From an uncultured Gemmatimonadales bacterium (GTDB lineage: Bacteria; Gemmatimonadota; Gemmatimonadetes; Gemmatimonadales; GWC2-71-9): a DNA stretch of 64,000 bases. The position numbers were made by a program, and so were the translations under genes. Positions 1 to 10,854 of this stretch are shown here, piece after piece. Numbering within the stretch: the first letter of the stretch is position 1; the number at the start of each line of letters is the position of its first letter. The notes under the pieces are model-generated. The model saw only the letters and a list, made by a program, of their open reading frames with translations, ran no database searches and was not told where the DNA came from. The DNA lies in the NCBI GenBank assembly GCA_963821525.1, contig CAWGED010000008.1:192001-256000 (forward strand), given 5' to 3'.

Positions 1-86
1 GTCTGGCATTCAGCGGTCCTCCCTCGGCCCGAGAGGTCCTTCAGGCGCTGAACGCGCGAGTGCTCGGCAATGGGGGTTCGCGATGA
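1..86 (+). CDS. fhcB: 3' end of formyltransferase/hydrolase complex subunit B (partial)
   Basis: Frame from nt 3 reads LAFSGPPSAREVLQALNARVLGNGGSR*. Its TGA overlaps the fhcA ATG (ATGA). Identity rests mainly on the canonical fhcBADC order. Confidence 0.55.
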   Translation, partial: LAFSGPPSAREVLQALNARVLGNGGSR

Positions 87-1712
87 CCCAACTGCGAATC
101 ACCGGCGGCACGGTCCACGATCCGGCCAATGGAATTGACGGGAAGGTGCAGGACATCTGCATCGAGGACGGCAAGATCGTGAAGAGCGTGCCGCAGGGCG
201 CCCGGAAGATCGATGCGAGCGGGATGGTCGTGATGCCGGGAGGAGTGGATATCCACTCGCACGTGGCCAGCTCAAGCTGCAATCACGCGAGGCGTCTCCT
301 GCCCGAGGAGCACCTGAGGGACCCGGCGCCAGCACCGCGGCTCCTGGAAAAGCAGGACGGCCCGCGCTCCGGCACAGGTGGCACCGTTCCGAGCACCTTC
401 ACGACCGGTTACCGCTACGCGGGGCTGGGCTATACCACAGCCTTTGACGCAGCGGTGGCTCCGCTAAGCGCTCTCCACACCCATCTCGAGCTGGACGACA
501 CGCCGTGCATTGACGCGGGGTTCTTCGTCCTGCTGGGCAACGATGACTTCCTGTTGCGCCAGATAGCGGCCGGCGAGCCGGCGCGTGCTCGGGACTACAC
601 TGCGTGGCTGCTGGAACGGACCGGCGGCTACGCGATCAAGATCGTGAACCCAGGCGGCGTCGAGCAGTGGAAGAATGGTGGCCGCAATGTCAACGGACTC
701 GACGACGCGGTAGGGTCCAGCACCGTCACGCCCCGACGCATTCTCGAGACGTTGGCTGATGTGGGGAACGGGTTAGGTCTTCCCCATCCGGTCCACATTC
801 ACTGCAACAACCTGGGGCGGCCGGGAAATGCGGCCGTAACGCTGGAGAGCATGAAGGCCGTGGCTGGCCGGCGCGCGCATTTCACCCATCTCCAGTTCCA
901 TGCTTACGGAGACGGACCCGGTGGTGGAGCGCCCGGGGGCTGGAGCTCCGCCGCGCCAAAACTCATCGAGTACGTCAATCAACACTCGGAAGTCAGCGTG
1001 GACGTGGGGCAGGTGATGTTCGGAGCCGCGACCACAGTCACCGCCGACAGCGCAGTCGAGTACCTGCTGCACGCGAGCAGCGGCCGCAAATGGGTGAATG
1101 TGGACATCGAGCTGGAAAGTGGCTGCGGCATCGTCCCCTACTCGTACCGGGAGAAGGCCGCAGTCGCGGCGCTTCAGTGGGCGGTCGGTCTCGAGCTGTT
1201 CCTGCTTTCGGCCGATCCGTGGCGGGTGGTGCTGTCCACCGATCACCCGAACGGTGGAACCTTTCTCTCCTATCCGGAGTTGATCCGACTGCTGATGGAT
1301 CGAACTTACCGGGACGAGAAGCTCAAGAGCATCAACCTGCGGCTCCTTGCCGGCAGCGCGCTGCTGGATGGACTCGCTCGCGAATACACCCTGAACGAGA
1401 TCGCGATTATTACCCGCGCCGCACCCGCACGGCTGCTTGGCCTGGGCGCCAAGGGTCACCTGGGTCTCGGAGCGGACGCCGATGTGACCGTCTACAGCCG
1501 CAACGACGATATCGCCGCAATGTTCGCCACACCGCGCTACGTGGTGAAGGCCGGCCAGCTGCATCGTTGAGGAAGGCCAGCTCCGGCGTGCACCGGCAGG
1601 AGCCCGATTCTCCATCAGCCCACAATACGACAGATCCATCGAGAGCCATCTGAAGCGGCACTTCGAGCAGTACTCCTCGGTTTCCCTGGCGAACTATGGA
1701 GGGAGAGGATAG
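83..1712 (+). CDS. fhcA: Formyltransferase/hydrolase complex subunit A (FwdA/FhcA amidohydrolase); one frameshift near 1560
   Basis: Motifs GGVDIHSH, GYRYAGLGYT, IKIVNPGG, HIHCNNLG, HLQF and STDHPNG. After the indel the frame continues IVEEGQ...LANYGGRG* to a TAG overlapping the fhcD GTG. Confidence 0.93.
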
Positions 1713-2603
1713 TGCGAATCCGGGGCACCTTCATCGAGGACACCTTCGCCGAAGCGTTCACCATGCGGGCGGCGCGGATCATCATTACCGCGCATAGCCT
1801 GACCTGGGCCCGGCACGCGGCGAGCAAGCTCACCGGATTCGCCACCTCGGTGATTCAATGCAAGTGCGAGGCGGGCGTGGATCGTGAGCTGGACCCGAAG
1901 GAGACGCCGGACGGACGGCCCGGCTTGAGCGTGCTCTTCATGACTATGGGCAAGGATGACATGCCCAAGCGCCTGGTCGAACGGATCGGCCAGACGGTTC
2001 TCACCTGCCCCACCACGGCGTGCTTCGATGGGCTGCCCGAGGTCCCCGACCGGGTGGCTGTAGGCAGTTCGCTCAAGTTCTTCGCCGATGGTTTTCAGGC
2101 GAGCAAGGTGATTAACGGAGAGCGCTTCTGGCGAATTCCCGTGATGGAAGGGGAGTTCCTGGTCCAGGAAAAATTCGGCATGCAGAAGGCGGTGGCTGGC
2201 GGAAATTTTCTGATTCTGGCCGAGACTGCCGAGACGGCGCTGTCCGCCGCGGAAGCGGCGGTCTCGGCGATGACAGGACGCGCCGGGGTCATCATGCCGT
2301 TTCCGGGAGGAATCGTGCGGAGCGGAAGCAAGGTTGGAAGCCGGACCTCCAAGACGATGATTGCCTCAACCAACGATGCCTTTTGCCCTACGCTCAGAGC
2401 GGTGACCGCGAGTCAGATCCCCGAAGGGGTGAACTCGGTGCTGGAAATCGTGTTGAACGGGCTGGACGGGGCGGCCATCGAGGGAGCGATGCGACTGGGC
2501 ATCGATGCGGCGTGCGGAGATGGCGTCCGGAGCATCACGGCGGGTAACTACGGTGGGAAGTTGGGGCCGCATCACTTTCCACCTGAGAAAAATCATGGGG
2601 TAG
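1712..2603 (+). CDS. fhcD: Formylmethanofuran:H4MPT formyltransferase (Ftr/FhcD); frameshift near 2580
   Basis: IEDTFAEAF, TGFATSVI, RIGQTVLTCPTTA, RSGSKVG and AGNYGGKLG. The corrected C-terminus is HHFHLRKIMG*. Confidence 0.93.
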
Positions 2604-2682
2604 GGAGGCGGAGACGGGAGACGGAAGGCGGGAGACGGGAGGCGGGAGGCGGAATGGCGGAACGGCGAGACGGAGGCGAAAG
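2604..2682. repeat. Intergenic heptamer tandem array (GGAGACG/GGAGGCG)
   Basis: About 10 degenerate units between fhcD and fhcC. Confidence 0.75.
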
Positions 2683-2698
2683 GTGTGATCGGATAGCA

Positions 2699-3470
2699 AT
2701 GGCTGACATAGTCCTGACTCTGAAGACCAGCGCTCTCGCACGCGACCGATCTTTCGTGCGTCGTGCCGGATCGGTTCGCTGAGTTGTCGAACAGCGATCT
2801 GGGGAACCTGCCGGTGTGGAGTGCGGCGGCGCCGCGGACCCGGCTTCGCCTGGGAGACCTGTTCGCGATCGAGGGAGAGCGCTCCAGTTCCGTACACGTG
2901 AAGGGCGATTGCCGCTTGGGAGAAGGGCTGGGAAGAGAAATGCGTGGTGGTCGGCTCGAAGTCGAAGGGAACGTCGGCTCCCACTGCGGCACGGCGATGC
3001 AGGGCGGCACGATCCGCGTCACAGGAGACGCTGGCGATCATCTGGCGGGGGCGTTGCCCGGGGCATCACGAGGCGTAGTGGGCGGAGAGATCGTCGTCTT
3101 CGGCACCGCCGGTACCTGGGTTGCCGAGCGGATGCGCCGGGGACTGGTCTACGTCGGCGGGTCGACTGGAGAGTTTGCAGGACGTGGGATGATCGCGGGA
3201 ACGCTGGTGATCGGCGGCCAGCCCGGCGCGGGAACGGGAGAAGGTATCAAGCGAGGAAGCCTGGTGGCGCTCGGCTCTATCAAGCCCCCCGAGGGGTTCC
3301 GCTTGGCCTGCACCTACCGTCCACCGCATGTCCCCCTCATTCTTACTCGCCTCAAAACGGCGTTTGGCGCACGCCTCACGGACGCGCAGGTCCATGGATT
3401 GTACCGCCGCCATAGCGGCGACCTCGCCGAGTTGGGCAAGGGTGAAATCCTCGAATGGTGCACGGCATGA
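2699..3470 (+). CDS. fhcC: Formyltransferase/hydrolase complex subunit C (GXGXG beta-helix); frameshift near 2740-2760
   Basis: Starts MADIVLTLK. Contains LGDLFAIEG, repeated GxxMxGGxIxVxG units, MRRG and GDLAELGKGEIL. Confidence 0.9.
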
Positions 3471-4423
3471 CCGGACTGGGCATGAATGGGCGCGCTCGCC
3501 AGCTGGCGGAGCGCATGGTGGCGGAGGCCGATCGGCTCCGGGTTGCGGTGCATACCCTCGAGAACGGGACCCGGGTCATCGATGCGGGAGCACAGGTGGA
3601 TGGGGGTTTTGAAGCCGGCCTCCTGCTGAGCGAGATCTGCATGGGCGGCCTCGGCCGAGTGGTCAATGCGACGATTTCGATCGGAGGAGAAAACTGGCCG
3701 GGAGTGCAGGTCACCACAGATCACCCGGCGATCTCCTGCATGGCGTCCCAGTATGCCGGCTGGGCGATCTCGACCGGGAAGTATTTCGCGATGGGGTCGG
3801 GACCGATCCGGTCACATGCGCGGGTTGAAAAGGAGCTCTTCTCCAAGCTGACCTACGCCGAGGAGACCGATCACGGCGTTCTGGTGCTGGAAGGACGGGA
3901 GCTTCCCACGGCAGAGGTGGCCGAATGGATCGCTACCAGGGCGCGACTCAAGCCGGCGCAGCTCACAATCGTCATCGCGCCCACGGCCAGCCTCGCGGGC
4001 GGGAGCCAGATCTCGGCTCGGGTGCTGGAGACGGGCCTGCACAAGATCGAAACCCTGGGCTTCGACGTGCAGCGGATCGTGAGCGGAATCGGCACTGCTC
4101 CGCTCGCCCCGCCGGCCAGGAACGACCTGAGGGCAATCGGCCGCACCAACGATTGCATCCTCTACGGCGGCGAGGCCCACTATCTGGTTCGGGCCGACGA
4201 CGGAGAGCTGGCCGAACTCGCGCCCAAGGTCCCAGCGTCGGCGTCGCGAGACTATGGCAAGCCGTTCTACGAGATCTTCGAGCGGTATAACAAGGACTTC
4301 TACAAGATCGACCCGCTTCTCTTCAGTCCCGCCGAGGTTTGGCTGACCAGTGTGGCGTCGGGGAAGACCTATCACGCGGGCGGCGTGAATCCCGATGTAC
4401 TCAAACAGTCGCTGTATCCCTGA
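3467..4423 (+). CDS. mch: Methenyl-H4MPT cyclohydrolase
   Basis: EICMGGL, CMASQYAGW, MGSGP, ARVLETGLHK, GRTNDCILYGG and FYKIDPLLFSPA. ATGA overlap with fhcC. Confidence 0.95.
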   Translation: MTGLGMNGRARQLAERMVAEADRLRVAVHTLENGTRVIDAGAQVDGGFEAGLLLSEICMGGLGRVVNATISIGGENWPGVQVTTDHPAISCMASQYAGWAISTGKYFAMGSGPIRSHARVEKELFSKLTYAEETDHGVLVLEGRELPTAEVAEWIATRARLKPAQLTIVIAPTASLAGGSQISARVLETGLHKIETLGFDVQRIVSGIGTAPLAPPARNDLRAIGRTNDCILYGGEAHYLVRADDGELAELAPKVPASASRDYGKPFYEIFERYNKDFYKIDPLLFSPAEVWLTSVASGKTYHAGGVNPDVLKQSLYP

Positions 4424-4454
4424 CTTCTCCTCAATCGCGGAAAGGAAGTAACGC

Positions 4455-5238
4455 ATGCGTCGTATCTCCCTCGTTAGTGCCTTCGCCATGTTGGCTGCGG
4501 CGGCTTGCAGCAAGCCGGCGGACAAGCCGGCGGCCGACACCACCGCCATGGCCCCGGCCGCGGCCAAGCCGGAGCCGATGGCGTTCGTCACGGTGATCTA
4601 CAACCAGCCGAAGAGCGCCAGCGCCTTCGAGAAGTACTACTGGGAGAAGCACATCCCGCTGGTGGGCTCGAAGCAGGCCGAAATCGGCTTCGTGGGAGCC
4701 GAGCTGACCAAGTTCGACGCCACGCTGGATGGCAAGAAGCCAACCTACTACCGGCAGGCGGTACTCTGGTTCAAGAACATGGCAGATCTGGAGAAGGGCA
4801 TCGCGACTCCAGGCTTCAAGGCCGTCGGAGACGACCTCGCCAACTTCGCGAGCGGCGGGCTCATCGGGATGGTCGGTGAGGAGACCGGCGACCATTCCGA
4901 TCTGCTACAGGGCGACTCGACGGCATTCCTGACGGTGATCTACAACAATCCCAAGGATCCGGCGCGCGTTCGAATCGTACTACTCGGCGACGCACCTTCC
5001 CCTGGTGGTACAGGGAGCCGGGGAAATTGCGTTCACCCGCGCCGAGCTGACCAAGTACAACAAGAACCTCGATGGATCGGCCCCCTCGCTGTACCGCCAG
5101 GCCAAGCTGTACTTCCCGAACGCAGCCGCGCTCAAGAAGGGCACCGGAACCGCGGCGTTCAAGGCGGTGGGAGACGATCTGCCCAAGTTCGCCGATGGGG
5201 GATTGGTGGCGTTGGTGGGGCACCTGACCAGTAAGTAA
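4455..5238 (+). CDS. Lipoprotein with two tandem EthD-like (dimeric alpha-beta barrel) domains; frameshift near 4965
   Basis: Lipobox LAAAAC and an Ala/Pro linker, then two copies of TVIYNxPKxxxAFExYYxxxHxPLV...AELTK...YRQAxLxF...FKAVGDDLxxF. Confidence 0.75.
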
Positions 5239-5240
5239 TC

Positions 5241-5313
5241 GAAGATTGAAGATTTCAGATTGAAGATTTGGAAGGTGGAACAATCTTCAATCTGAAATCT
5301 GCAATCTGAAATC
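5241..5313. repeat. Inverted heptamer array (GAAGATT/TCAGATT x4, spacer, AATCTTC/AATCTGA x4)
   Basis: Read directly from the sequence. The two arms are reverse complements. Confidence 0.85.
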
Positions 5314-5319
5314 GTCTCC

Positions 5320-6177
5320 ATGTCCGCAATAATCATCCTTGCTTCCAAGACCGGCTGGCACACCGACCAGTTGGAGCAAGCCGTGCGGAAGCGAGGCATG
5401 GAGCCGGTCATTCTGCCCTGGGAAGCACTCGTCGCACGGCTGGGATCAGCCAGCGGCGTGATTGGAAACGGAATCGCGCTGCGCGACATCCACGGAATCC
5501 TTCCTCGCATCATTCCGAACGGTTCGCTGGAACAGATCATCTTCCGAGTGGACCTGCTGCATCGCCTCGAGGCCGAAGGGACCCGGGTAATGAACTCGGC
5601 TCGTGCCATCGAGCGCTCGGTAGACAAGGCGTGGACTTCGGCACTGCTGGAGCAGGCCGGACTGCCGACTCCGGACACGGTGGTGTGTGAACGCAGCGAG
5701 GATGCATTCGTCGCGCTGCGCGAAATGGGGGACGTAGTCGTGAAGCCGCTGTTCGGATCCATGGGCCTGGGCATGATGCGGGTCAGTGAGGAGGACACTG
5801 CCTTCCGGGTCTTCCGGGCGATCGAAATGACCCGCGGTGTTTTCTACCTGCAGCGATTCATTCCTCACCAGGGAGCAGACATCAGAGCGTTTGTGGTAGG
5901 GGACCAGGTCATCGGAGCCATCTACCGGAGCGCTCCGGGATGGAAGACCAACGTGTCGCGCGGCGGCACGGCGCGCCCCTGCTCGATCGACCCGGTGCTG
6001 GCGAATCTTGCTGTAAAGGCGGCGAAGGCTGTCGGGGCCGAGTACGCCGGCGTGGATCTGCTTCCAGCGAACGACGGGACGGTCTATGTCCTCGAGGTGA
6101 ACGGGATCCCCGGATGGCAGGGGCTGCACGAAGCGACCGGTACCGACGTAGCAGGCGCAATCGTGGATCGGTTGTGA
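5320..6177 (+). CDS. RimK-family ATP-grasp ligase (orf5/MptN-like; cofactor glutamylation)
   Basis: GSLEQIIFRVD, VVKPLFGSMG, DIRAFVVG, WKTNVSRG and VLEVNGIPGW, in H4MPT cluster context. Confidence 0.88.
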   Translation: MSAIIILASKTGWHTDQLEQAVRKRGMEPVILPWEALVARLGSASGVIGNGIALRDIHGILPRIIPNGSLEQIIFRVDLLHRLEAEGTRVMNSARAIERSVDKAWTSALLEQAGLPTPDTVVCERSEDAFVALREMGDVVVKPLFGSMGLGMMRVSEEDTAFRVFRAIEMTRGVFYLQRFIPHQGADIRAFVVGDQVIGAIYRSAPGWKTNVSRGGTARPCSIDPVLANLAVKAAKAVGAEYAGVDLLPANDGTVYVLEVNGIPGWQGLHEATGTDVAGAIVDRL

Positions 6178-7026
6178 CGGCTCAAATCGACATCGCCACC
6201 CTCGCGCAGCTCTCCTGCCTCCTCGAGGTAAGCGCGCCCAAGCCAGGCAACGTCTCTCCCGGAATGCGCTTCCGGGACATGAGCTACGAGGACTTTCTGG
6301 TCAGCGCACTCGCCATCGGTCCCGCCATCGGCGAGGCGGGGAAGGTCCCGCTCGGCATCACCATTGAACGGGCATTGGCCGCGACGAGAGAGGTCACCCG
6401 TGCCAACACCAACCTCGGACTGGTTCTTCTGCTGACTCCGCTGGCGGCTGCCTCAATTCTGACGGCGGGTACCCTCAGAGAGCGGGTGCAGCGGGTGCTT
6501 CGGGCTACCACGATCGACGATGCCCGGCTGGTGTACAACGCCATTCGAAGCGCCAACCCCGGCGGGATGGGCAAGGTTTCCGATGAAGACCTCGGAGAGC
6601 AGCCCAAGGTGACGCTGCTGAAGGCGATGGACCTGGCCAAGGAACGGGATTCGGTCGCGCGGGAATACGCGACCGATTTCGAGATCACCTTCGATCACGG
6701 AGTGCCGGCGTTGAGAGCTGCGCGGCAGGCTGGGCTGGGATGGCTCGACGCGGTGACCGAAGCCGGTCTTAATCTGTTGTCCGAAGTGCCCGACACGCTG
6801 ATCGCCCGGAAAGCCGGGAAGGAGGTTGCGCTTCAGGTCTCTGCCGGGGCCCGGGGGGTTCTCGAGACGGGAGGAGTTCGCAGCCAGGCGGGGCGTCAAG
6901 GCACTCGCGGAGTTTGACGCCAGCCTCCGCGACCCCCAGAATTCGCGGAATCCAGGCACGACTGCCGACCTGATCGCCGCGGCTACGTTCGTGACCCTGC
7001 TGGAGGATGGTTGGAACCCCACCTAG
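6174..7026 (+). CDS. CitG-like triphosphoribosyl-dephospho-CoA synthase homolog (orf7); frameshift near 6895
   Basis: LEVSAPKPGNV, NTNLGLVLL, PDTLIARK and NPGTTADL. Confidence 0.88.
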
Positions 7027-7037
7027 AGGTTGACACC

Positions 7038-7526
7038 GTGCGCAGTGATTTCAAGGTGTCGGTCAGCAAAGACTATCTGGTCTTCTCGTCCGCCCACTTC
7101 ATCACGTTTCGCGGCCACCAGTGCGAGACGCTGCATGGGCACAACTATCGGCTCGGCGTCACCGTCGAGGGGGCGGTAGATGACGAGACCCTTTTCGTCG
7201 TGGATTTCTCCATCCTCAAGAAACTGGTCAGGAAGCTGGTGGATGAAATCGACCACAAGGTTCTGCTCCCGCTTCACAATCCCAAACTGAGCTTCGCCGA
7301 AAACGGCGACAGCCTGACCGTGTCCTATTTCGGCGCGCCAACCTATGTGTTTCCCAAGGTGGACTGTGCGATGATGCCGATTCAGAACACGACCGCCGAG
7401 GCGATCGCGGAATATTTCGCGGGTCGGGTGCGGAAGGATCTGGAAGCGATCGGGATGCGGAACCTGTCGGCGCTGGAGCTCGAGGTTGAGGAGTCGTTTG
7501 GCCAGGCGGCGACGTTCGGTTGGTGA
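7038..7526 (+). CDS. 6-pyruvoyl-tetrahydropterin synthase/QueD family protein (PTPS-I/III-type motif)
   Basis: FSSAHF, CETLHGHNY, VVDFS, DHKVL, TTAE and VEE motifs. GTG start after GAGG. Confidence 0.88.
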   Translation: MRSDFKVSVSKDYLVFSSAHFITFRGHQCETLHGHNYRLGVTVEGAVDDETLFVVDFSILKKLVRKLVDEIDHKVLLPLHNPKLSFAENGDSLTVSYFGAPTYVFPKVDCAMMPIQNTTAEAIAEYFAGRVRKDLEAIGMRNLSALELEVEESFGQAATFGW

Positions 7527-7535
7527 TGGATTAAG

Positions 7536-7624
7536 GAGATTTCAGATTGAAGATTTCAGATTGAAGATTGATCAACAGTACAGCCGGTCAAAATCTTCAA
7601 TCTGAACATCTTAAATCTGAAATC
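7536..7624. repeat. Inverted heptamer array (TTTCAGA/TTGAAGA) between convergent genes
   Basis: Same unit as 5241-5313. The right arm overlaps the stop codon of the HisA-like gene. Confidence 0.85.
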
Positions 7625-8360
7625 CCCGATGAATCGCGGTCCCTATCAGAACGCCTCTCGCCCCCGCACCCAACAACGCCTGCACGTCCCCCCGATCGCG
7701 TACGCCACCTCCGGCATAGAGTGGCAGCTCGTACTTGGCCTGGAGTTGTTGAATCAGAGGTCCGGTCGAGGGTCCGGCCCCCGAGCCCACGTCGGCCAGG
7801 TCGATCACGATGAGACCGCCGACTCCGATGGATACAACGCGATCGACCAGCTCCTCGGGCGAGATTCGCTCGAGGCGAGGTCCGGTGTCGAGGTGATGGA
7901 CGGGACGACCTTGGTGAAGATCGAGGCTGAACAGGACCCGATCGCTTCCCGCCAAACCGACCATTTTCTCGAGGTCGCTCCAGGCATCGAGGCTCTCCAG
8001 GCCGGCGATGACCTGTCCCATCCCCAAATCGAGGAGATCTTTCACACCGGCAATGCCGGCGGCGCCGGCGTCCACCAGCAGTCCGGGGCCGAATCCCTCC
8101 ACAGGATCTGCGAGTGTGCCGAGCAGCTTCGAGTGCAGGCCTTTCTCCTGAATCGCATCGAGGTCCGCGACATAGCACTGCGTCGCACCCAGCCGCTCTC
8201 GATAGGCACGGGCCAGCGCCACCGCGTTGCCACTCTGCCCCGGAGTCAGTACAGATTCGACCGGCCGGTACTCTTTCCGCCGGCCGCCGATGGCGTGCAC
8301 CGCCTGGCCGTGGGCGAGGTCGAGTACGGGGATGAGGGGGTTGGTGGGGTTGGTAGACAT
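7611..8360 (-). CDS. HisA/HisF-related TIM-barrel protein (orf17 of H4MPT clusters)
   Basis: IPVLDL, AVHA.GG.R.EYRP, YVADLDAI, FSLDL, DLADVG and AGGGVR. Confidence 0.85.
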   Translation of the reverse strand: MSTNPTNPLIPVLDLAHGQAVHAIGGRRKEYRPVESVLTPGQSGNAVALARAYRERLGATQCYVADLDAIQEKGLHSKLLGTLADPVEGFGPGLLVDAGAAGIAGVKDLLDLGMGQVIAGLESLDAWSDLEKMVGLAGSDRVLFSLDLHQGRPVHHLDTGPRLERISPEELVDRVVSIGVGGLIVIDLADVGSGAGPSTGPLIQQLQAKYELPLYAGGGVRDRGDVQALLGAGARGVLIGTAIHRGFQI

Positions 8361-8381
8361 TGCCGAGAAAGAGAAGGAGGT

Positions 8382-8470
8382 TGTAGGGAGTAGGGAATAG
8401 GAAGTAGGGCTGTGGCCTCACGCTTGGAGGCTGCCCCCTACTCCCCACTGCCTACTCCCTACTTCCTACT
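8382..8470. repeat. Inverted heptamer array (GTAGGGA ... TCCCTAC)
   Basis: Tandem units on both arms in a divergent spacer. Confidence 0.8.
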
Positions 8471-8479
8471 GACCTGAAT

Positions 8480-10110
8480 ATGCGCCTTACTGACGCTCCG
8501 ACCATCGGCTGGGATATCGGCGGGGTCCACACAAAGGCGGTTCGCCGGACGCCGGATGGCACGCTGACGGTGAGAGCACGCACGTTCGCCATTGAGCACG
8601 AGGTCGCTTCGCTCGCGGTCATGCTGGAACAGATGAAGCAGGAAATTGGCGCAGGAGAGGGTGATCGTCACGGGGTTACTATGACGGCCGAGTTGTCGCA
8701 GGCATTCCGGACCAAGCGGGCAGGGGTCGAGAAGATTCTCGACGCGGTTGGGAGCACGCTCGGAGAAAAAACCGGAATCTTCGCCACCGACGGGCGGTTT
8801 CTCTCGATTGCCGAAGCTCGACAGAACCCGCTGGCGGTCGCCGCGTCGAATTGGGTCGCCACGGCAATGGTGGTCTCACGCATCTGCCCCGATGCCATCC
8901 TCATCGACACAGGATCAACCACTACCGACCTGATCCCCATCGTCTCCGGCCATGTCGCGGCGCTGGGGAAGACGGATCCCGAACGTCTCGCGTCCGGTGA
9001 ACTGGTGTACACCGGTGTCGTTCGGACTCCCGTGGAAGCGATCGCCAGCACTCTGCCGTGGCGCGGTGGCACTGTCGGCGTCTCCGCCGAGGGATTCGCT
9101 CTGAGTGGCGACCTCTATCTCTGGCTGGGACAGATCGCGACCGAGGATTACACCGCGCCGACACCCGATCGCCGCCCAGCAACTCGACCCATTCGCGGGT
9201 GAGCGGCTGGCGCGAGTGATCTGCGCCGACCGGGAGATGCTCGAGGAAGAGGAGATCACCGAGCTGGCTCGAAGCATCGACGAGGCGCAGGTCGAGCGGG
9301 TGGCGGCCTCGCTGCGCTCCGTCCTGGAGCGGCATCCCGCGATTCGTCAGGCCGTAGTGACCGGAATCGGCGATTTTCTTGGAGCCGCCGCAGCCCGTCG
9401 GGTCGGCCTCGAGGTGCGCTCCCTCGCGGAACACCTCGGGCCCGATGCATCCCGGGTGGCGCCGGCGGCGGCGATTGCACTCTTATTGAGTGAGTCAAAC
9501 GGAATCCGTTCCGCCGCTCGCAGGATCTCACGAGAGATCAAACCAGCAGAGGGAGGCCTCACTGTCGTCAAGATCGGCGGTGGGATTCTTGGTATCCCCG
9601 GTGCTCTCGAGCGGGTGACCCGCGCCGTCGCGAAGGCTTCGAAAACGGCTCGCCTCGTAGTGTTCCCCGGAGGAGGTCCGTTTGCAGATACAGTCCGGGA
9701 TGTCGACGGGAAGCTCGGGCTTACTCCATCATCCGCCCACTGGATGGCGATCCTGGGCATGGATCAGTACGCCCACGTCCTCGCAGAGCAGATAGCCGGT
9801 GCGGTGATCGTCGATGGATCGGCCGGAGATCGCCGAGGTTCACGAGCGCGGCGGGGTGCCGGTGCTGGCGCCACATCGATGGCTCAAAAGCGCCGACGAG
9901 TTGCCGCACACCTGGTCGGTAACCAGCGACAGTCTCGCCGCCTATATCGCTGCTCTGCTCGGCGCGCACCGTTTGGTGGTGATCAAACCTCAGGAAGGCG
10001 GGATGGAACTGATGGATGCCCACTTCACGAGGGCCCTGCCCGACGGGATAGAGCTCAGGGTGCTCGGGCCGAAACAGCTCGAGCAGCTGGAGGATGTGCT
10101 CGCCGGCTGA
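8480..10110 (+). CDS. Fused hydantoinase-like MfnF/orf9 and amino-acid-kinase-like MfnE/orf21 protein; frameshifts near 9190 and 9815
   Basis: N-part: GWDIGGVHTK, VTMTAELS, AASNW, DTGSTTTD, ELVYTG..RTP, RLARVICAD. C-part: VVKIGG, PGGGPFAD, AHWMAI, WSVTSDSLA, D.HF. Confidence 0.8.
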
Positions 10111-10807
10111 GATTGGCTTGACAAGCGTCTCGACCAAGCGAGCCACCGCGGCGGAACTTACCCGTGAAGCGCGGCCGGACTCGCACGCCGCTCCTCGCAC
10201 CCCCATCACGTCCGCATCGGTCTCAATCGCGGCCGCGATGTCCTCGACCTTCAGACTGCCGGCCACCGCGAAGGTAAACGCCGCGGGCAGGTTAGAGTGG
10301 ATGGCCCTCAGGTCTCGCGTCGTGCAGTAGTCGAACAGAGATCCCGACGCCTTCCTCGCCGTGTCAACCAGAAAGCCATCGGCTCCTTCCCGGACCGCCA
10401 ATTCCGCAATCTGGGCCAGAGTCAGGCCGTCGGTTTTCTGAATGTCGGCAAAGCCGACGACCACCAACCCGGGTTCGCCGGGCAGTCGCGACGCACGGGC
10501 AACTCCAGCGGCAATGCTCCGAGCACAACTGGCAGCGTCGAAACCATGGAGTCCGAGCTTGACGAAGGAGAGCGGAACGTCGATCCCATCAAACTGAGCC
10601 GAGTACTTCCTCCGGGAAGCGCACGTCGCCAAGCGCAGCGCTCAGCGGAATCGAGGAAGCAACTGTCTCACGAATGGCTTGCAGCACCGATAGGGAGACA
10701 CGGCCCAAGGCACCAGTCGTGGGATCCTTGGCGTCGATGATGTCGGCGCCACCTTCGACTGCCGCCTGTGCTTCGGCCGCATCTGCAACACTCACCAGCA
10801 GCTTCAC
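10107..10807 (-). CDS. mfnB: (5-formylfuran-3-yl)methyl phosphate synthase (MfnB/orf22); frameshift near 10600; 3' end uncertain
   Basis: LLVSV...EA, ADIIDAKDP..GALG, SAALGD, FVKLG, DTARK, AGSL and GVRGAAC. As sequenced the frame runs on antisense into orf21 to 9721. Confidence 0.85.
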
Positions 10808-10854
10808 CTGGCCTCCCTTGTTCGGCCCGCAGTGCCCGGTATGTTACGACTCCC

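Noticed and set aside
9721..10107. Real ~130-aa C-terminal extension of MfnB antisense to orf21
   Set aside because: MfnB homology ends near 10130. The run-on is better explained by a missed stop or an indel.
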